Positions 38,510 to 49,968 of a stretch of 64,000 bases of DNA are shown here, in pieces. A model generated the notes under the pieces. The model had not been told where the DNA came from and searched no databases. It was given only the letters and a program-made list of their open reading frames with translations. This DNA comes from Desulfuromonadales bacterium (GTDB lineage: Bacteria > Desulfobacterota > Desulfuromonadia > Desulfuromonadales > SZUA-540). The DNA is taken from the NCBI GenBank assembly GCA_033549025.1, contig JAWSUS010000005.1, positions 64,001-128,000 of the forward strand. The letters run 5' to 3'. A program made the position numbers and the translations under genes. Positions within the stretch are counted from its first letter, which is position 1. Each line of letters starts with the position of its first letter.

Positions 38510-39742
38510 ATGACCGGTGAACCTTGCTTTTTGGCTTTTGATCTGGGAACGACCACGCTGGCGGCTCGGCTGCTCGGTCTGAAAGGTGAGGTGCTGGCCG
38601 AAGGGCGGCTGTCCAACCCCCAGCATGTCCTTGGCAGTGATGTGGTGCGTCGCCTCGAAGCCGCTCAGCGGGGCGAGGGGGAAAGGCTGCAGGCCCTCTT
38701 GGTCGAGGGGATGGACGCCCTGCTCGCCGAGCTGTTGCGCCAGGCGGGCCTTTCGCGGCAACAGGTGCAAGCGGCCGCGGCCGCCGCCAACCCGGCGGTT
38801 TCTCATCTGCTCTGCCGGTGCCCTGTCGACAGCCTTCTCTATCCGCCCCACAAGCCCGCCTTCCGGCAGGGGCTCAGTCTGGAACCTCTTTCCCTTGGCC
38901 TGAACCTGCCCTGTTCTCTCTATCTCTTTCCGCTGGTCAGCGGCTACGTGGGGGGCGACCTCGTCGCTTTTCTCCATGCCCATCCCCCCCAGTCAGCCCG
39001 GACTCTCTATCTGGATGTGGGCACCAACGGCGAGATGGCGCTTTATCATGAGGGGCGTTGGCTGGTGACTTCGGTAGCGGCGGGGCCCGCTTTTGAAGCG
39101 GCCGGGATCTCCTGCGGGATGCCGCTGGGGGAGGGCGCCGTCGAAGGGATCGGCCTGGAAGCCGACCGCTGGGCACTCAAGGTCGTCGGCGGCGGGCCCG
39201 CCCGCGGCCTCTGCGGCAGCGGCCTGGCCCAGGTCGTCGCCCTGGCCCGGCGGGAGGGGCTGATCGACTCGCGGGGAACTATCGTGGACGCCGCCAGTAT
39301 TGAAACCAACCTCTCCCGCTATATCGTCGAGGAAGCGGACGAGCGCTCGTTGCGCCTGTTTCGCGATGCCGCGATCGATCTGCGCCTGACCCAGCAGGAT
39401 ATTCGCAGCTTTCAGCTGGCCAAGGGGGCGATCCGGGCCGGCGTCGGCTGCCTGCTGAAGCGAGCGGGGCTGGAAGGCGCTAAGGATATTCAGGTGATGT
39501 TGACCGGGGCCCTTGGTTTGTCCTTGCCGTCTGAAGTCCTGAAAAGGGTTGCCATGCTGCCGGAAAACATGCTAGAAAATGTTCATTTTGTCGCCGGTGG
39601 CGCCCTGCAGGGTGTCGGCCGGATGCTGCTCCAAAAGGACGGCGTTGCCGAGGTGGAAGGATTGGCGCGATCCCTGAAGCCCTATCCCCTTTCCGGTACG
39701 CCGGTCTTTGAAGATGCCTTCATCAAGTCGCTCGATTTCTGA
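38510..39742 (+). CDS. ASKHA-domain (RACo/DUF4445-like) ATPase without an N-terminal 2Fe-2S domain
   Basis: AFDLGTTT, NPQ..GSDVV.R, GYVGGD, DVGTNGE, AAGPAFE, GLCGSG, QDIRSFQLAKGAI. Confidence 0.85.
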   Translation: MTGEPCFLAFDLGTTTLAARLLGLKGEVLAEGRLSNPQHVLGSDVVRRLEAAQRGEGERLQALLVEGMDALLAELLRQAGLSRQQVQAAAAAANPAVSHLLCRCPVDSLLYPPHKPAFRQGLSLEPLSLGLNLPCSLYLFPLVSGYVGGDLVAFLHAHPPQSARTLYLDVGTNGEMALYHEGRWLVTSVAAGPAFEAAGISCGMPLGEGAVEGIGLEADRWALKVVGGGPARGLCGSGLAQVVALARREGLIDSRGTIVDAASIETNLSRYIVEEADERSLRLFRDAAIDLRLTQQDIRSFQLAKGAIRAGVGCLLKRAGLEGAKDIQVMLTGALGLSLPSEVLKRVAMLPENMLENVHFVAGGALQGVGRMLLQKDGVAEVEGLARSLKPYPLSGTPVFEDAFIKSLDF

Positions 39743-39834
39743 AAAACCGCCAGTTGACGGTTTTTTTGTTTTTTAGCCAGCCGTAGATTCAGTAAACCGC
39801 ATACAAAGAAGAGTCAACAGAAAGGATAGGTGTC

Positions 39835-41400
39835 ATGGCCGCCATCAAACGTGCCCTCATCAGTGTTTCGGACAAAACCGGCATCGTCGAATTTGCCAGG
39901 GAGCTCAACGCTTTCGGCGTGGAGATCCTTTCCACGGGAGGGACGGCGTCGCTGCTTCGCCAGGAGGGGCTGCCCGTGCAGGATGTTTCCGACTTTACGG
40001 GTTTTCCCGAAATGCTCGACGGCCGGGTGAAGACACTGCACCCCAAGGTTCACGGCGGTCTGTTGGGAATGCGCGACAACCCCGAGCATGTGGCCAAAAT
40101 GGCTGAGCACGACATCCTGCCCATCGACATGGTGCTGGTCAACCTCTATCCCTTCGAAGCAACCGTGGCCAAGGCCGACTGCACGCTGGAAGACGCCATC
40201 GAGAATATCGATATCGGTGGTCCCACCATGCTGCGCAGCGCCGCCAAAAACAATCGCGACGTGACGGTCATCGTCGATCACGCCGACTATGCCGCCGTCC
40301 TCGACGAGATGAAAAAGAGTGGCGGCAGCGTCTCCCGTGAGACCAACTTCCGTCTGGCCGTCAAAGTCTATCAGCATACGGCGGCCTATGATGGCGCCAT
40401 CTCCAACTGGCTGGGCCGCCGTCTTGACGCCGACAACGCCGTATTTCCGCCGACCTTGACCCTGCAGTACAAGAAGGCCCAGGGTATGCGTTACGGGGAG
40501 AACCCCCACCAGAAAGCGGCCTTCTATGTCGAGAAGGATGTGCGCGAGTCCTCCATCGCCACGGCCCGTCAGCTTCAGGGCAAGGAGTTGTCCTACAACA
40601 ACATCGGCGACACCGACGCCGCCCTCGAGTGTGTCAAGCAGTTCAGCGAAGGGCCCGCCTGTGTCATTGTCAAGCACGCCAATCCCTGCGGGGTCGCCAT
40701 CGGCAAGGACTTGCTCGAGGCCTATAACCGTGCCTTCAGCACTGACCCGGAATCCGCCTTTGGCGGCATCATTGCCTTCAACGGTGAGCTTGACGTCGAA
40801 ACGGCCAAGGCCATCGTCGAGAGACAGTTCGTTGAAGTCATCATTGCGCCTCGGGTGGCGCCTGAAGCGGTGGAAGTGGTCGCGGCCAAAAAGAACGTGC
40901 GTCTCCTCGAATGCGGCCAGTGGCCGGCCGTTCCCGGTCAGCGCCTGGACTTCAAACGGGTCAATGGCGGTCTGCTGGTGCAGGATACGGACCTCGACCT
41001 CACGGCCGAGCTGCAGGTCGTCACCAAGAGGCAGCCGACCGCCGAGGAGATGCAGGATCTGCTCTTCACCTGGCGCGTGGCCAAGTTCGTCAAGTCCAAT
41101 GCCATCGTCTACGGCAAGGCGAATATGACCATCGGCGTGGGGGCCGGCCAGATGAGCCGCGTCAATTCCGCCCGGATTGCCGCCATCAAGGCCGAGCATG
41201 CCGGCCTCGAAGTCACGGGGGCGGTCATGGCCTCCGATGCCTTCTTCCCCTTCCGGGACGGCATCGACAACGCCGCGGCCGCCGGCATCGCTGCCGTCAT
41301 CCAGCCGGGCGGCTCTATCCGCGACGAGGAAGTCATCGCCGCCGCCGATGAGCACGGCATGGCCATGGTCTTTACCGGCATGCGCCATTTCAGACATTAA
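39835..41400 (+). CDS. purH: Bifunctional AICAR transformylase/IMP cyclohydrolase
   Basis: [45 protein letters not shown]. Confidence 0.98.
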   Translation: MAAIKRALISVSDKTGIVEFARELNAFGVEILSTGGTASLLRQEGLPVQDVSDFTGFPEMLDGRVKTLHPKVHGGLLGMRDNPEHVAKMAEHDILPIDMVLVNLYPFEATVAKADCTLEDAIENIDIGGPTMLRSAAKNNRDVTVIVDHADYAAVLDEMKKSGGSVSRETNFRLAVKVYQHTAAYDGAISNWLGRRLDADNAVFPPTLTLQYKKAQGMRYGENPHQKAAFYVEKDVRESSIATARQLQGKELSYNNIGDTDAALECVKQFSEGPACVIVKHANPCGVAIGKDLLEAYNRAFSTDPESAFGGIIAFNGELDVETAKAIVERQFVEVIIAPRVAPEAVEVVAAKKNVRLLECGQWPAVPGQRLDFKRVNGGLLVQDTDLDLTAELQVVTKRQPTAEEMQDLLFTWRVAKFVKSNAIVYGKANMTIGVGAGQMSRVNSARIAAIKAEHAGLEVTGAVMASDAFFPFRDGIDNAAAAGIAAVIQPGGSIRDEEVIAAADEHGMAMVFTGMRHFRH

Positions 41401-41458
41401 AAAACGGGCGTGACGGCTTAGAGCTTCTCGTATTCGTCATGGCTCTTTGGAGGTTTCT

Positions 41459-42730
41459 ATGAAAATCCTGGTCGTTGGTGGTGGTGGGCGCGAACATGCC
41501 CTGATCTGGAAAATCGCCCAGTCACCCCTGGTGGAGAAAATCTATTGCGCGCCGGGTAATCCCGGTATCGCCGCTCTGGCGGAATGTGTCGACATTTCCG
41601 CGGATAAGGTCGCCGCTCTCTGCGACTTCGCCCTGGATCAGGGGATTGATCTCACTGTGGTCGGGCCGGAAGTGCCGCTGACGCTGGGCATTGTCGATCT
41701 CTTCGAAGCCGCCGGGCTGCCGATCTTCGGCCCGAGCCGGGCTGCTGCCCAGTTGGAAGGCAGCAAGAGCTTCTCCAAGGATCTCATGGCCAAATACCGC
41801 ATCCCCACGGCCGCTTACGCCACCTTTACCGACCGGGATGAGGCGGTCGCCTATATCCGCGAGCAGGGTGCGCCCATCGTGGTCAAGGCCGATGGACTGG
41901 CGGCTGGAAAAGGGGTGGTCGTCGCCGCCACGGTCGAGGAGGCCGTCGCCGCCGTCGATGACATCATGCTGGATAAGGTTTTTGGTGCCGCTGGCGCCCG
42001 TGTCGTGGTCGAGGAATTCATGGACGGCGAGGAAGCGTCCTTCTTTGCCTTCACCGATGGCCAGAATATTCTGCCCTTGGCTTCGTCGCAGGATCACAAG
42101 CGGATTTTCGATAATGACGAGGGCCCCAATACCGGCGGCATGGGAGCCTATTCCCCGGCGCCGGTGGTGACGGAAGCTCTGTACGGAGAGATCGTCGAGG
42201 CAATCGTGCGGCCGACTATCGCCGCCATGGCCAGCGAAGGGACTCCCTATCGCGGTATCCTCTATGTCGGTCTGATGATCAAAAACGGCAAGGCGCGGGT
42301 GGTCGAGTACAATGCACGATTTGGTGATCCCGAGGCGCAGCCGCTGCTGATGCGCATGAAGTCGGACATCGTGCCGGTGCTGGAGGCCTGCGCCCGGCGC
42401 GAATTGACCCAGGATAGGATCGAGTGGCACGAAAAGTCGGCTGTCTGCGTCGTCATGGCCTCCGGCGGCTACCCGGGCGACATCGACAAGGGTCACGAAA
42501 TTCACGGGCTTGAAGAGGCCGGCCGTCTGGACGATCTAGTGGTTTTTCACGCCGGGACCGCGTTGGCCGCCGGCAAGATTGTCAATGCGGGGGGGCGCGT
42601 CCTCGGCGTTACTGGGCTCGGAACCACCGTTGCCGACGCCATCGCCAAAGCCTACGAGGGAGTGCGTCTCATCCACTGGGAAGGTTCCCAATTCCGCAAT
42701 GATATCGGGCGAAAAGCCCTGAACCGCTGA
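41459..42730 (+). CDS. purD: Phosphoribosylamine--glycine ligase
   Basis: GGGGREHA, KADGLAAGKGV, QDHKR, NTGGMGAYSP, EYNARFGDPE. Confidence 0.98.
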   Translation: MKILVVGGGGREHALIWKIAQSPLVEKIYCAPGNPGIAALAECVDISADKVAALCDFALDQGIDLTVVGPEVPLTLGIVDLFEAAGLPIFGPSRAAAQLEGSKSFSKDLMAKYRIPTAAYATFTDRDEAVAYIREQGAPIVVKADGLAAGKGVVVAATVEEAVAAVDDIMLDKVFGAAGARVVVEEFMDGEEASFFAFTDGQNILPLASSQDHKRIFDNDEGPNTGGMGAYSPAPVVTEALYGEIVEAIVRPTIAAMASEGTPYRGILYVGLMIKNGKARVVEYNARFGDPEAQPLLMRMKSDIVPVLEACARRELTQDRIEWHEKSAVCVVMASGGYPGDIDKGHEIHGLEEAGRLDDLVVFHAGTALAAGKIVNAGGRVLGVTGLGTTVADAIAKAYEGVRLIHWEGSQFRNDIGRKALNR

Positions 42731-43032
42731 AGCGTGGTATCCCGCATTTTTGTGACCGCACCTGAACGGTACGGGTTCCGCTATATGAACATTGACAATC
42801 ATTAGATGACTGGATTAGTCTTTATCTCACGTGAAAAGACGGGGAGAGTACGGGATTTAGCCAAGCGGCAGGCCAGATGCCGTAGGGCTTTGACCGGGGA
42901 TAATCCTGGAACAGGGCTTTATTGACTGTTTTTGTGTGCTTTGTGGCCTTCGGCACTTTTCTTGCGTGACGGAGAAGTTTTAATCCACCCGGCAAAGGCC
43001 ACTCTATCGATCCAGAACTCTATCCAGGAGAC

Positions 43033-44400
43033 ATGATTTTGACCGCAAAAGAAAAAAGCTTCCTGACGTCAGTGTGGGACTTCCTCTGCTCCCTGAAGTT
43101 GACTATCATCATTCTGATCCTGTTGGCCGTGACGTCCATTATTGGCACGGTGGTCCAGCAGAACCTCTCTCCCCAGGAATATCTGCAGATCTATACGGAG
43201 AAGACCTACAAGCTCCTCGACTCCCTGCAGTTTTTCGACATGTACCATTCCTGGTGGTTTCTGTCCTTGCTCGGACTCTTCTCTCTCAACCTGATATGCT
43301 GCTCCATCAAGCGCTTTCCCCGGGTGTGGAACACGGTCATGCATCCCCAGCTCAAGGGGGATGAATCCCTTTTCCGCACGCTGTCCAACGCCGACGAAGT
43401 CGTGGTTGGCGGAACGATGGACGAGGCGGCCGGGCGTCTGCGCAGTTTTGTGCAGAAACATTTTGCCGGTGCCGTGGAGACCCGCGAGGACGATCGCATT
43501 TACCTTTTTGCCCAGAAGGGGCCCTATGCCCGGTTTGGCGTCTATGTGACCCACCTCTCCATCCTCATTATTTTTATCGGGGCGATTATCGGCAATATCT
43601 GGGGCTACAAAGGCTACATGAATGTGGTGGAGGGGGGCTCTGCCGATACGGTTCGCTTGTTCGGCACCAATGAGGCGGTCAAGCTGCCCTTCGCCATTCG
43701 CTGCGACCGCTTCGAGGTGTCCTTCTATGAAGGGGGCGGTCGGCCGAAAGAATACGTCAGCGACCTGGTCGTGCTCGACAACGGTCAGGACGTTCTGAGC
43801 AAGACCATTGAGGTCAACGATCCTCTCAGCTATCAGGGGATTACCTTCTATCAGTCGAGCTACGGTCCCGCCGGTGATCCGTCCTTTAAAGTGCGTGTTC
43901 GCACGCGCAGCACCGGCGAAGAGCAGGAAATCCTCGCTCGCCAGGGCGAGCATGTGGCTCTCCCCGGTGGCCGCTCTTTCGCCATCACCGCCTCGACCCC
44001 TTCCTATGATCGTTTTGGACCGGCAATCCAGATGCACGTCAATTCGGCGGACGGCCAGCATGGCAACCCATTTGTTGTGCTGCAGAACTTTCCCGACTTT
44101 GATGCCCAGCGCGGCGATGAATTTATCTTCAGTCTGCTCCAGATCAATCAATCTTATTACACGGGCCTGCAGGTCGGCAAGGATCCCGGCGTCTGGGTGG
44201 TCTGGCTCGGTTGTTTCCTGATGATCTTCGGTTCGCTGGCGGCCTTTTTTATTTCCCATCGGCGCATCTGGGTGACCCTGCAGCCAGTCGATGGTAAGAT
44301 AGGTGTTCGGATCGGTGGCTCAGCCCACCGCAATCAGCCCGCTTTCGAACTGTTCTTCGATGATTTCAAAGCGAAACTCAAAGACGAACTTAAAGGCTAA
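43033..44400 (+). CDS. resB: Cytochrome c biogenesis system II protein ResB/Ccs1
   Basis: SLKLTI...SIIGT..QQ, DMYHSWWF, HLSIL, VNDPL.Y.G..FYQSSY, TGLQV.KDPG. Confidence 0.92.
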   Translation: MILTAKEKSFLTSVWDFLCSLKLTIIILILLAVTSIIGTVVQQNLSPQEYLQIYTEKTYKLLDSLQFFDMYHSWWFLSLLGLFSLNLICCSIKRFPRVWNTVMHPQLKGDESLFRTLSNADEVVVGGTMDEAAGRLRSFVQKHFAGAVETREDDRIYLFAQKGPYARFGVYVTHLSILIIFIGAIIGNIWGYKGYMNVVEGGSADTVRLFGTNEAVKLPFAIRCDRFEVSFYEGGGRPKEYVSDLVVLDNGQDVLSKTIEVNDPLSYQGITFYQSSYGPAGDPSFKVRVRTRSTGEEQEILARQGEHVALPGGRSFAITASTPSYDRFGPAIQMHVNSADGQHGNPFVVLQNFPDFDAQRGDEFIFSLLQINQSYYTGLQVGKDPGVWVVWLGCFLMIFGSLAAFFISHRRIWVTLQPVDGKIGVRIGGSAHRNQPAFELFFDDFKAKLKDELKG

Positions 44401-44430
44401 TCTTCAGACCTCTATGGGGGAAAAGAAAAG

Positions 44431-45291
44431 ATGACCAGTACACAACTGTTCAATGCTGTAACTGTGGCCTACTTCGCCTCGATGGTTCTGTTCGTGGTCT
44501 ATTTGGCCACCCGGAGCAAGGCCATCGCCCTCGGCGGCAATATCCTGGCGTATGTCGGCTTTCTGGCCCATACCGCGGCTATCGGCGTGCGCTGGAACGA
44601 GACGTACAAATTGCTGGGGGCCGATGGTTATGCGCCCCTGTCCAACCTCTATGAGTCCGTGGTCTTTTTTTCCTGGACCATCGTGCTGATCTACATCCTG
44701 ATGGATCTCAAGTACCGCCAGCGCTCCATCGGCGCTTTTGTCCTCCCCTTCGCCTTTTTGTCCATGACCTGGGCTCAGCTGCGACTCAACGACGCGATCG
44801 AGCCCCTGGTTCCGGCCTTGCAGAGCAACTGGCTGACCTACCACGTCATCACCTGCTTTCTCGGCTACGCGGCCTTTGCGGTGGCCTGCGGCGTTTCCAT
44901 CATGTATCTGATCAAGGCCGGGCGTGAAGAGAAGAGCCCGGAGGATTCTCCTGCCGGTGGGATTCTCGGACTGTTCCCCAGCACCAAGGTGTTGGATGAT
45001 ATGAACTACAAAGCCATCATGATCGGTTTTCCGCTGCTGACCCTTGGTATTGTCACCGGTGCCGCCTGGGCCAACTATGCCTGGGGAACCTACTGGAGCT
45101 GGGACCCCAAGGAGACCTGGAGCCTGATCGTCTGGTTCATCTATGCGGCCTTTCTGCATGCCCGCTTTACGCGGGGCTGGGTTGGCAAGCGGGCGGCCTG
45201 GCTTTCCATTATCGGTTTCGCCGCCACCCTGTTCTGCTACCTTGGTGTTAACCTGGTACTCTCCGGCCTTCACTCTTACGGCGGGGCCTGA
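44431..45291 (+). CDS. resC: Cytochrome c biogenesis system II protein ResC/CcsA-type
   Basis: PLSNLYES, LVPALQSNWL..H, GAAWANYAWGTYWSWDPKETW (WWD domain), GLHSYG. Confidence 0.95.
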   Translation: MTSTQLFNAVTVAYFASMVLFVVYLATRSKAIALGGNILAYVGFLAHTAAIGVRWNETYKLLGADGYAPLSNLYESVVFFSWTIVLIYILMDLKYRQRSIGAFVLPFAFLSMTWAQLRLNDAIEPLVPALQSNWLTYHVITCFLGYAAFAVACGVSIMYLIKAGREEKSPEDSPAGGILGLFPSTKVLDDMNYKAIMIGFPLLTLGIVTGAAWANYAWGTYWSWDPKETWSLIVWFIYAAFLHARFTRGWVGKRAAWLSIIGFAATLFCYLGVNLVLSGLHSYGGA

Positions 45292-45323
45292 TCCGGGGGC
45301 TTGAAGCTTCCGTTACAAACAGG

Positions 45324-45357
45324 TAGGGGACGGTGAACAGACCGTCCCCTATTTTTT
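45324..45357 (+). terminator. Terminator after resBC
   Basis: TAGGGGACGGT-loop-ACCGTCCCCTA-TTTTTT. Confidence 0.8.
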
Positions 45358-45392
45358 CGGCCGGCAGGCGGCGTGGCTGCCATTTAAGGACT

Positions 45393-46154
45393 ATGGACAC
45401 GGAACTCTGGCTAAAAGACGACGAGACCCTGGACGATCTGGGCCCGGGGTTGAAGATCCTGCAGGGGAAGACAGGCTATCGCTTCTCTCTTGACCCGGTT
45501 CTGCTCTGCAGTTTTGCCCGAATTCGTCCGCAGGATCGGGTTTTGGACCTAGGAACGGGGGCGGGCATCATTCCTCTGCTGCTGGCCAGTCGCCACGCAT
45601 CGATCCGGGTCGTGGGGGTCGAGCGCCAGGAAGAACTGGCAGATAGAGCCCGTCGAAGCGCCCAGCTGAACCGATTGGATGAGAGAATCGAAATAGTGTG
45701 CGGAGACATGCGTGTCCCGGAGGTGCTGAGTCGATATGCGCCCTTTGCGGCCGTCTTGTCCAATCCGCCTTATCGTCCCGCCGGGACGGGGCGGCTGTCC
45801 CCCGGTTCGGAAAGAGCGGCGGCCCGTCATGAGCTGGCTGGTGGTCTGGATGACTTTGTGGGTACGGCGGCCCGATGTCTGGATGACGGTGGTCGCTTTT
45901 TTGTCATCCATCTGGCTGAGCGTCTGACCGATCTTTTGTGCGCCATGCGTCTGGAAAAGCTTGAGCCTAAGCGGCTCCGGATCGTGCTGTCCCGTGCCGG
46001 AGAGGCGGCCCGCCTCGTGCTGGTGGAGGGGCGCAAGGGCGCAAAGCCCGGCCTGGTGGTGGAGGATCCGCTGGTTATCTACGATGGGGATGGGTACAGT
46101 CGCGAGGTTTTGGCCATGTACGAGACGAGGACTTCGGTGTCGCCGCAGAGCTAG
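45393..46154 (+). CDS. tRNA1(Val) A37 N6-methyltransferase-like (YfiC/TrmN6)
   Basis: GYRFSLDPVLL, LDLGTGAGIIPL, SNPPY, AARHE, EPKRLR. Confidence 0.85.
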   Translation: MDTELWLKDDETLDDLGPGLKILQGKTGYRFSLDPVLLCSFARIRPQDRVLDLGTGAGIIPLLLASRHASIRVVGVERQEELADRARRSAQLNRLDERIEIVCGDMRVPEVLSRYAPFAAVLSNPPYRPAGTGRLSPGSERAAARHELAGGLDDFVGTAARCLDDGGRFFVIHLAERLTDLLCAMRLEKLEPKRLRIVLSRAGEAARLVLVEGRKGAKPGLVVEDPLVIYDGDGYSREVLAMYETRTSVSPQS

Positions 46155-46657
46155 TCTGGCTTTTCACGCGCCCGCTGAAGTTTCTTCTGCTTGGTGAGAA
46201 GATCCTCCAGACTCCTCCTCACCTCCGGATCACTGATGGCCATGACAGTCTGGTGGATCTCCTGGCGATCCGCCTCCGTCAGCGAGGCCGATTGCCAGTC
46301 AATTTCTTCAGGTGCAGGGGGCGGCGCTTCCGGCGGTTTGTGGGCGCCTCGGCGCAGAAACAGGTCGTCGATCACTTCTTCCCCCAGCAACGCGTTGAGC
46401 TGGGTGAGGATTTTGGGTTTCAGTAGCTGCAGCTGCTGCATCCAGACAGGATGATCCACTCGCACCTCAAGGACGCCATCCCTGATGCGTATCGGTCGGG
46501 CCCGAGCCGCAATCTGTGGGCCGACGGCCTCTTCCCAGACGAGCCAGGCCTTGTATTCCCGTCTTTTTTCATCAAGGCCTCGTTGCTGGAAAATCTTTTC
46601 CAGCAGAGCGCCGACCAGCTGGATCTGGCTTTTGCCCGAAGAGGATTTACTGCTCAT
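46151..46657 (-). CDS. DUF721/DciA-family protein
   Basis: WEEAVGPQIAARARP.....GVL.V.V..PVWMQQLQLLK..IL..LN. Confidence 0.85.
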   Translation of the reverse strand: MSSKSSSGKSQIQLVGALLEKIFQQRGLDEKRREYKAWLVWEEAVGPQIAARARPIRIRDGVLEVRVDHPVWMQQLQLLKPKILTQLNALLGEEVIDDLFLRRGAHKPPEAPPPAPEEIDWQSASLTEADRQEIHQTVMAISDPEVRRSLEDLLTKQKKLQRAREKPD

Positions 46658-46893
46658 GAGCGCTTCCGATGATATATCCTGCCCCCCAGAAGCTGTCCGG
46701 CGATGGCTGCAGCCAGCGTGAAAGGAATGATTTTCCAGCTGATATCCGAGGTCAGGCGCCAGGTGGCGATAAAGGGGATGGATAGATGGATGTAGATAAA
46801 CCAGCGCAGGGAGTACTTCCGGCAGCGCTGTCGCAGGTAGCCCAGGGGGAGATTGGCGAGAAGAGCGAAAGAAACCAGGCTGATGTGGTCCAT
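46654..46893 (-). CDS. Small hypothetical membrane protein
   Basis: NLPLGYLR...KYSLRWFIYIHLSIPF...AGQLLGGR; ATGA overlap with the DUF721 gene. Confidence 0.7.
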   Translation of the reverse strand: MDHISLVSFALLANLPLGYLRQRCRKYSLRWFIYIHLSIPFIATWRLTSDISWKIIPFTLAAAIAGQLLGGRIYHRKRS

Positions 46894-47059
46894 GCTAAGA
46901 GTGAAATTCAAGGCCGTTTCTTTCCCAGGGATGTTGGTAGAATGTGTACTTGTGGGAGTCTACCTGTTTTGTCGGAAGACTGTCAATCCATGAAGCGGCC
47001 AGTCTTGGCCGACCGCTTGGCTGTAGTTGTGGAAAATTCAATTCGAGGGAGTTGGTACC

Positions 47060-47323
47060 ATGGTTCGTAATGGCGATCTGGTGGCGGTATTTCATTCGGT
47101 CCACCGGGTCATGGAGGCCGAAAAAATTCTCAAGGCCGCTGGGGCGGATATTCTCCTGATTCCGGTTCCGCGTCAACTCAGTTCCGATTGTGGCCTGGCC
47201 ATTCGGTACGCCAGCGCTGAACAAGCTGCGGTGACCGCTGTCTTGCGGGATAAGGGATTGCTGCCGGCCGAGCTTTATGTCCGCGAGGATGAGGGGTTTG
47301 TTCAGCTTTCGCTTGAAGCATAG
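47060..47323 (+). CDS. DUF3343-family protein
   Basis: FHSVHRVMEAEKILK...LIPVPRQLSSDCGLAIR. Confidence 0.85.
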   Translation: MVRNGDLVAVFHSVHRVMEAEKILKAAGADILLIPVPRQLSSDCGLAIRYASAEQAAVTAVLRDKGLLPAELYVREDEGFVQLSLEA

Positions 47324-47348
47324 GGATTTGGGGTTTTCAGGTTTTTGC

Positions 47349-47377
47349 TTGACAAGGGTAGGGGGTTTCCCTATATT
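47349..47377 (+). promoter_or_regulatory. Sigma70 promoter for ffh
   Basis: TTGACA-17 nt-TATATT. Confidence 0.75.
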
Positions 47378-47421
47378 CCAAACTTTGCGAATCTTCAAAG
47401 GGAAAGTGTCTTTGGCACGCA

Positions 47422-48774
<1,353 letters not shown>

Positions 48775-48880
48775 AAACGATTGCATCTTTCCGGCTTCAT
48801 GATAACAATGAGAGTGAACGTAAATCGATCAACCAACAGCTACGGAAAATCCGTATAGCAACACCCAGGAGGAACGTTAC

Positions 48881-49141
48881 ATGGCAGTTAAAATCAGGCT
48901 GGCCCGCGGTGGCGCCAAGAAAAAACCCTTTTATCAGGTCGTGGTTGCCGACGAGCGGTTTCCCCGCGACGGCCGTTTTGTAGAAAATCTGGGACAATAC
49001 GATCCCAAAATCGACCCGCCTATGGTCTCTTTGAACGAAGAGCGCACCCTTGAGTGGCTGAAAAAGGGGGCGCAGCCCACCGAAACAGTACGTCAGGTTC
49101 TGCGCAAGCAGGGCATCTGGGCCAAGTTCAAGCAGTCCTAG
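48881..49141 (+). CDS. rpsP: 30S ribosomal protein S16
   Basis: [18 protein letters not shown]...PRDGRF...GAQPT. Confidence 0.98.
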   Translation: MAVKIRLARGGAKKKPFYQVVVADERFPRDGRFVENLGQYDPKIDPPMVSLNEERTLEWLKKGAQPTETVRQVLRKQGIWAKFKQS

Positions 49142-49201
49142 GAGACCCCGGTCTCCTCTCGTTGTGGCGGGAACCATCCCTTTCTTCGAAGGACGGACTC
49201 C

Positions 49202-49435
49202 ATGAAAGAACTCATCGAATTCATCGCGAAATCCCTGGTGGAAAACCCTGACGCGGTCGTCATCTCCGAGGAGGAGGGTGAAGATGGGACGATTCTCGTC
49301 AAACTGGCAGCTGCTCAGGAAGACATGGGTCGAATAATAGGCAAGCAGGGGCGTACAGCCAAGGCCATGCGGACACTGCTGAACGCCAAGGCGACGCGGG
49401 AGAATCGGCGAGCCACTCTGCAAATCATGGAGTAA
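49202..49435 (+). CDS. khpA: KH-domain RNA-binding protein (KhpA/YlqC-like)
   Basis: MKELIEFIAKSLV..P; DMGRIIGKQGRTAKAMRTLL. Confidence 0.92.
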   Translation: MKELIEFIAKSLVENPDAVVISEEEGEDGTILVKLAAAQEDMGRIIGKQGRTAKAMRTLLNAKATRENRRATLQIME

Positions 49436-49968
49436 TGCCGAAAATAGCCAAAGAGTTTCTGCTGGTAGGTGTTGTGGCCGGTACCCATGGGTTGCGCGGG
49501 GATTTGAAAGTGCGCCCATTGGCCGGCCTATGCCCGTTGGCAGCCAATAAACCTGTCTTTCTCCGATCTGCCGATCGCGAGCCAGAGGCATACACGCCTG
49601 TGCGCGTGGCTCCCCATAAGGGAGGCTACCTGCTCCGGTTGCAGGGCCTTGAACATATCGATTCCGTTCAGCAACTTGTTGGAGCCGAGGTGCTGATGCG
49701 GCGGCAGGACGTCCCTGAGCCGGATCCCGATGAGTTTTACTGGGATGAGGTTCAGGGTTTTGCTGTTCGCGATCTGACTCTCGGCGAGCTCGGGACGCTG
49801 GACGATACTTTTACAACGGCTGCTCACGATATCTTCGTGGTCAACGGTCCCTACGGGGAGGTTCTTATTCCGGTGGTCGAGGCCTTTTTGGTCGAGGTCG
49901 ATACGGTGGCAGGGCTTATCGTCGTAGATTTGCCGGAAGGCTTGGTGCAAAAACCCGATGCGTTTTGA
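49435..49968 (+). CDS. rimM: Ribosome maturation factor RimM
   Basis: G.V.GTHGLRGDLKV, DEFYW, AHDIFVV, EVLIP; conserved position. Confidence 0.93.
   Translation: MPKIAKEFLLVGVVAGTHGLRGDLKVRPLAGLCPLAANKPVFLRSADREPEAYTPVRVAPHKGGYLLRLQGLEHIDSVQQLVGAEVLMRRQDVPEPDPDEFYWDEVQGFAVRDLTLGELGTLDDTFTTAAHDIFVVNGPYGEVLIPVVEAFLVEVDTVAGLIVVDLPEGLVQKPDAF

Noticed and set aside
42731..43032. Small c-type cytochrome gene or cyclic-dinucleotide (GEMM) riboswitch upstream of resB
   Set aside because: No CxxCH-containing ORF was found, and the GGCAAA seen lacks the rest of the GEMM consensus.
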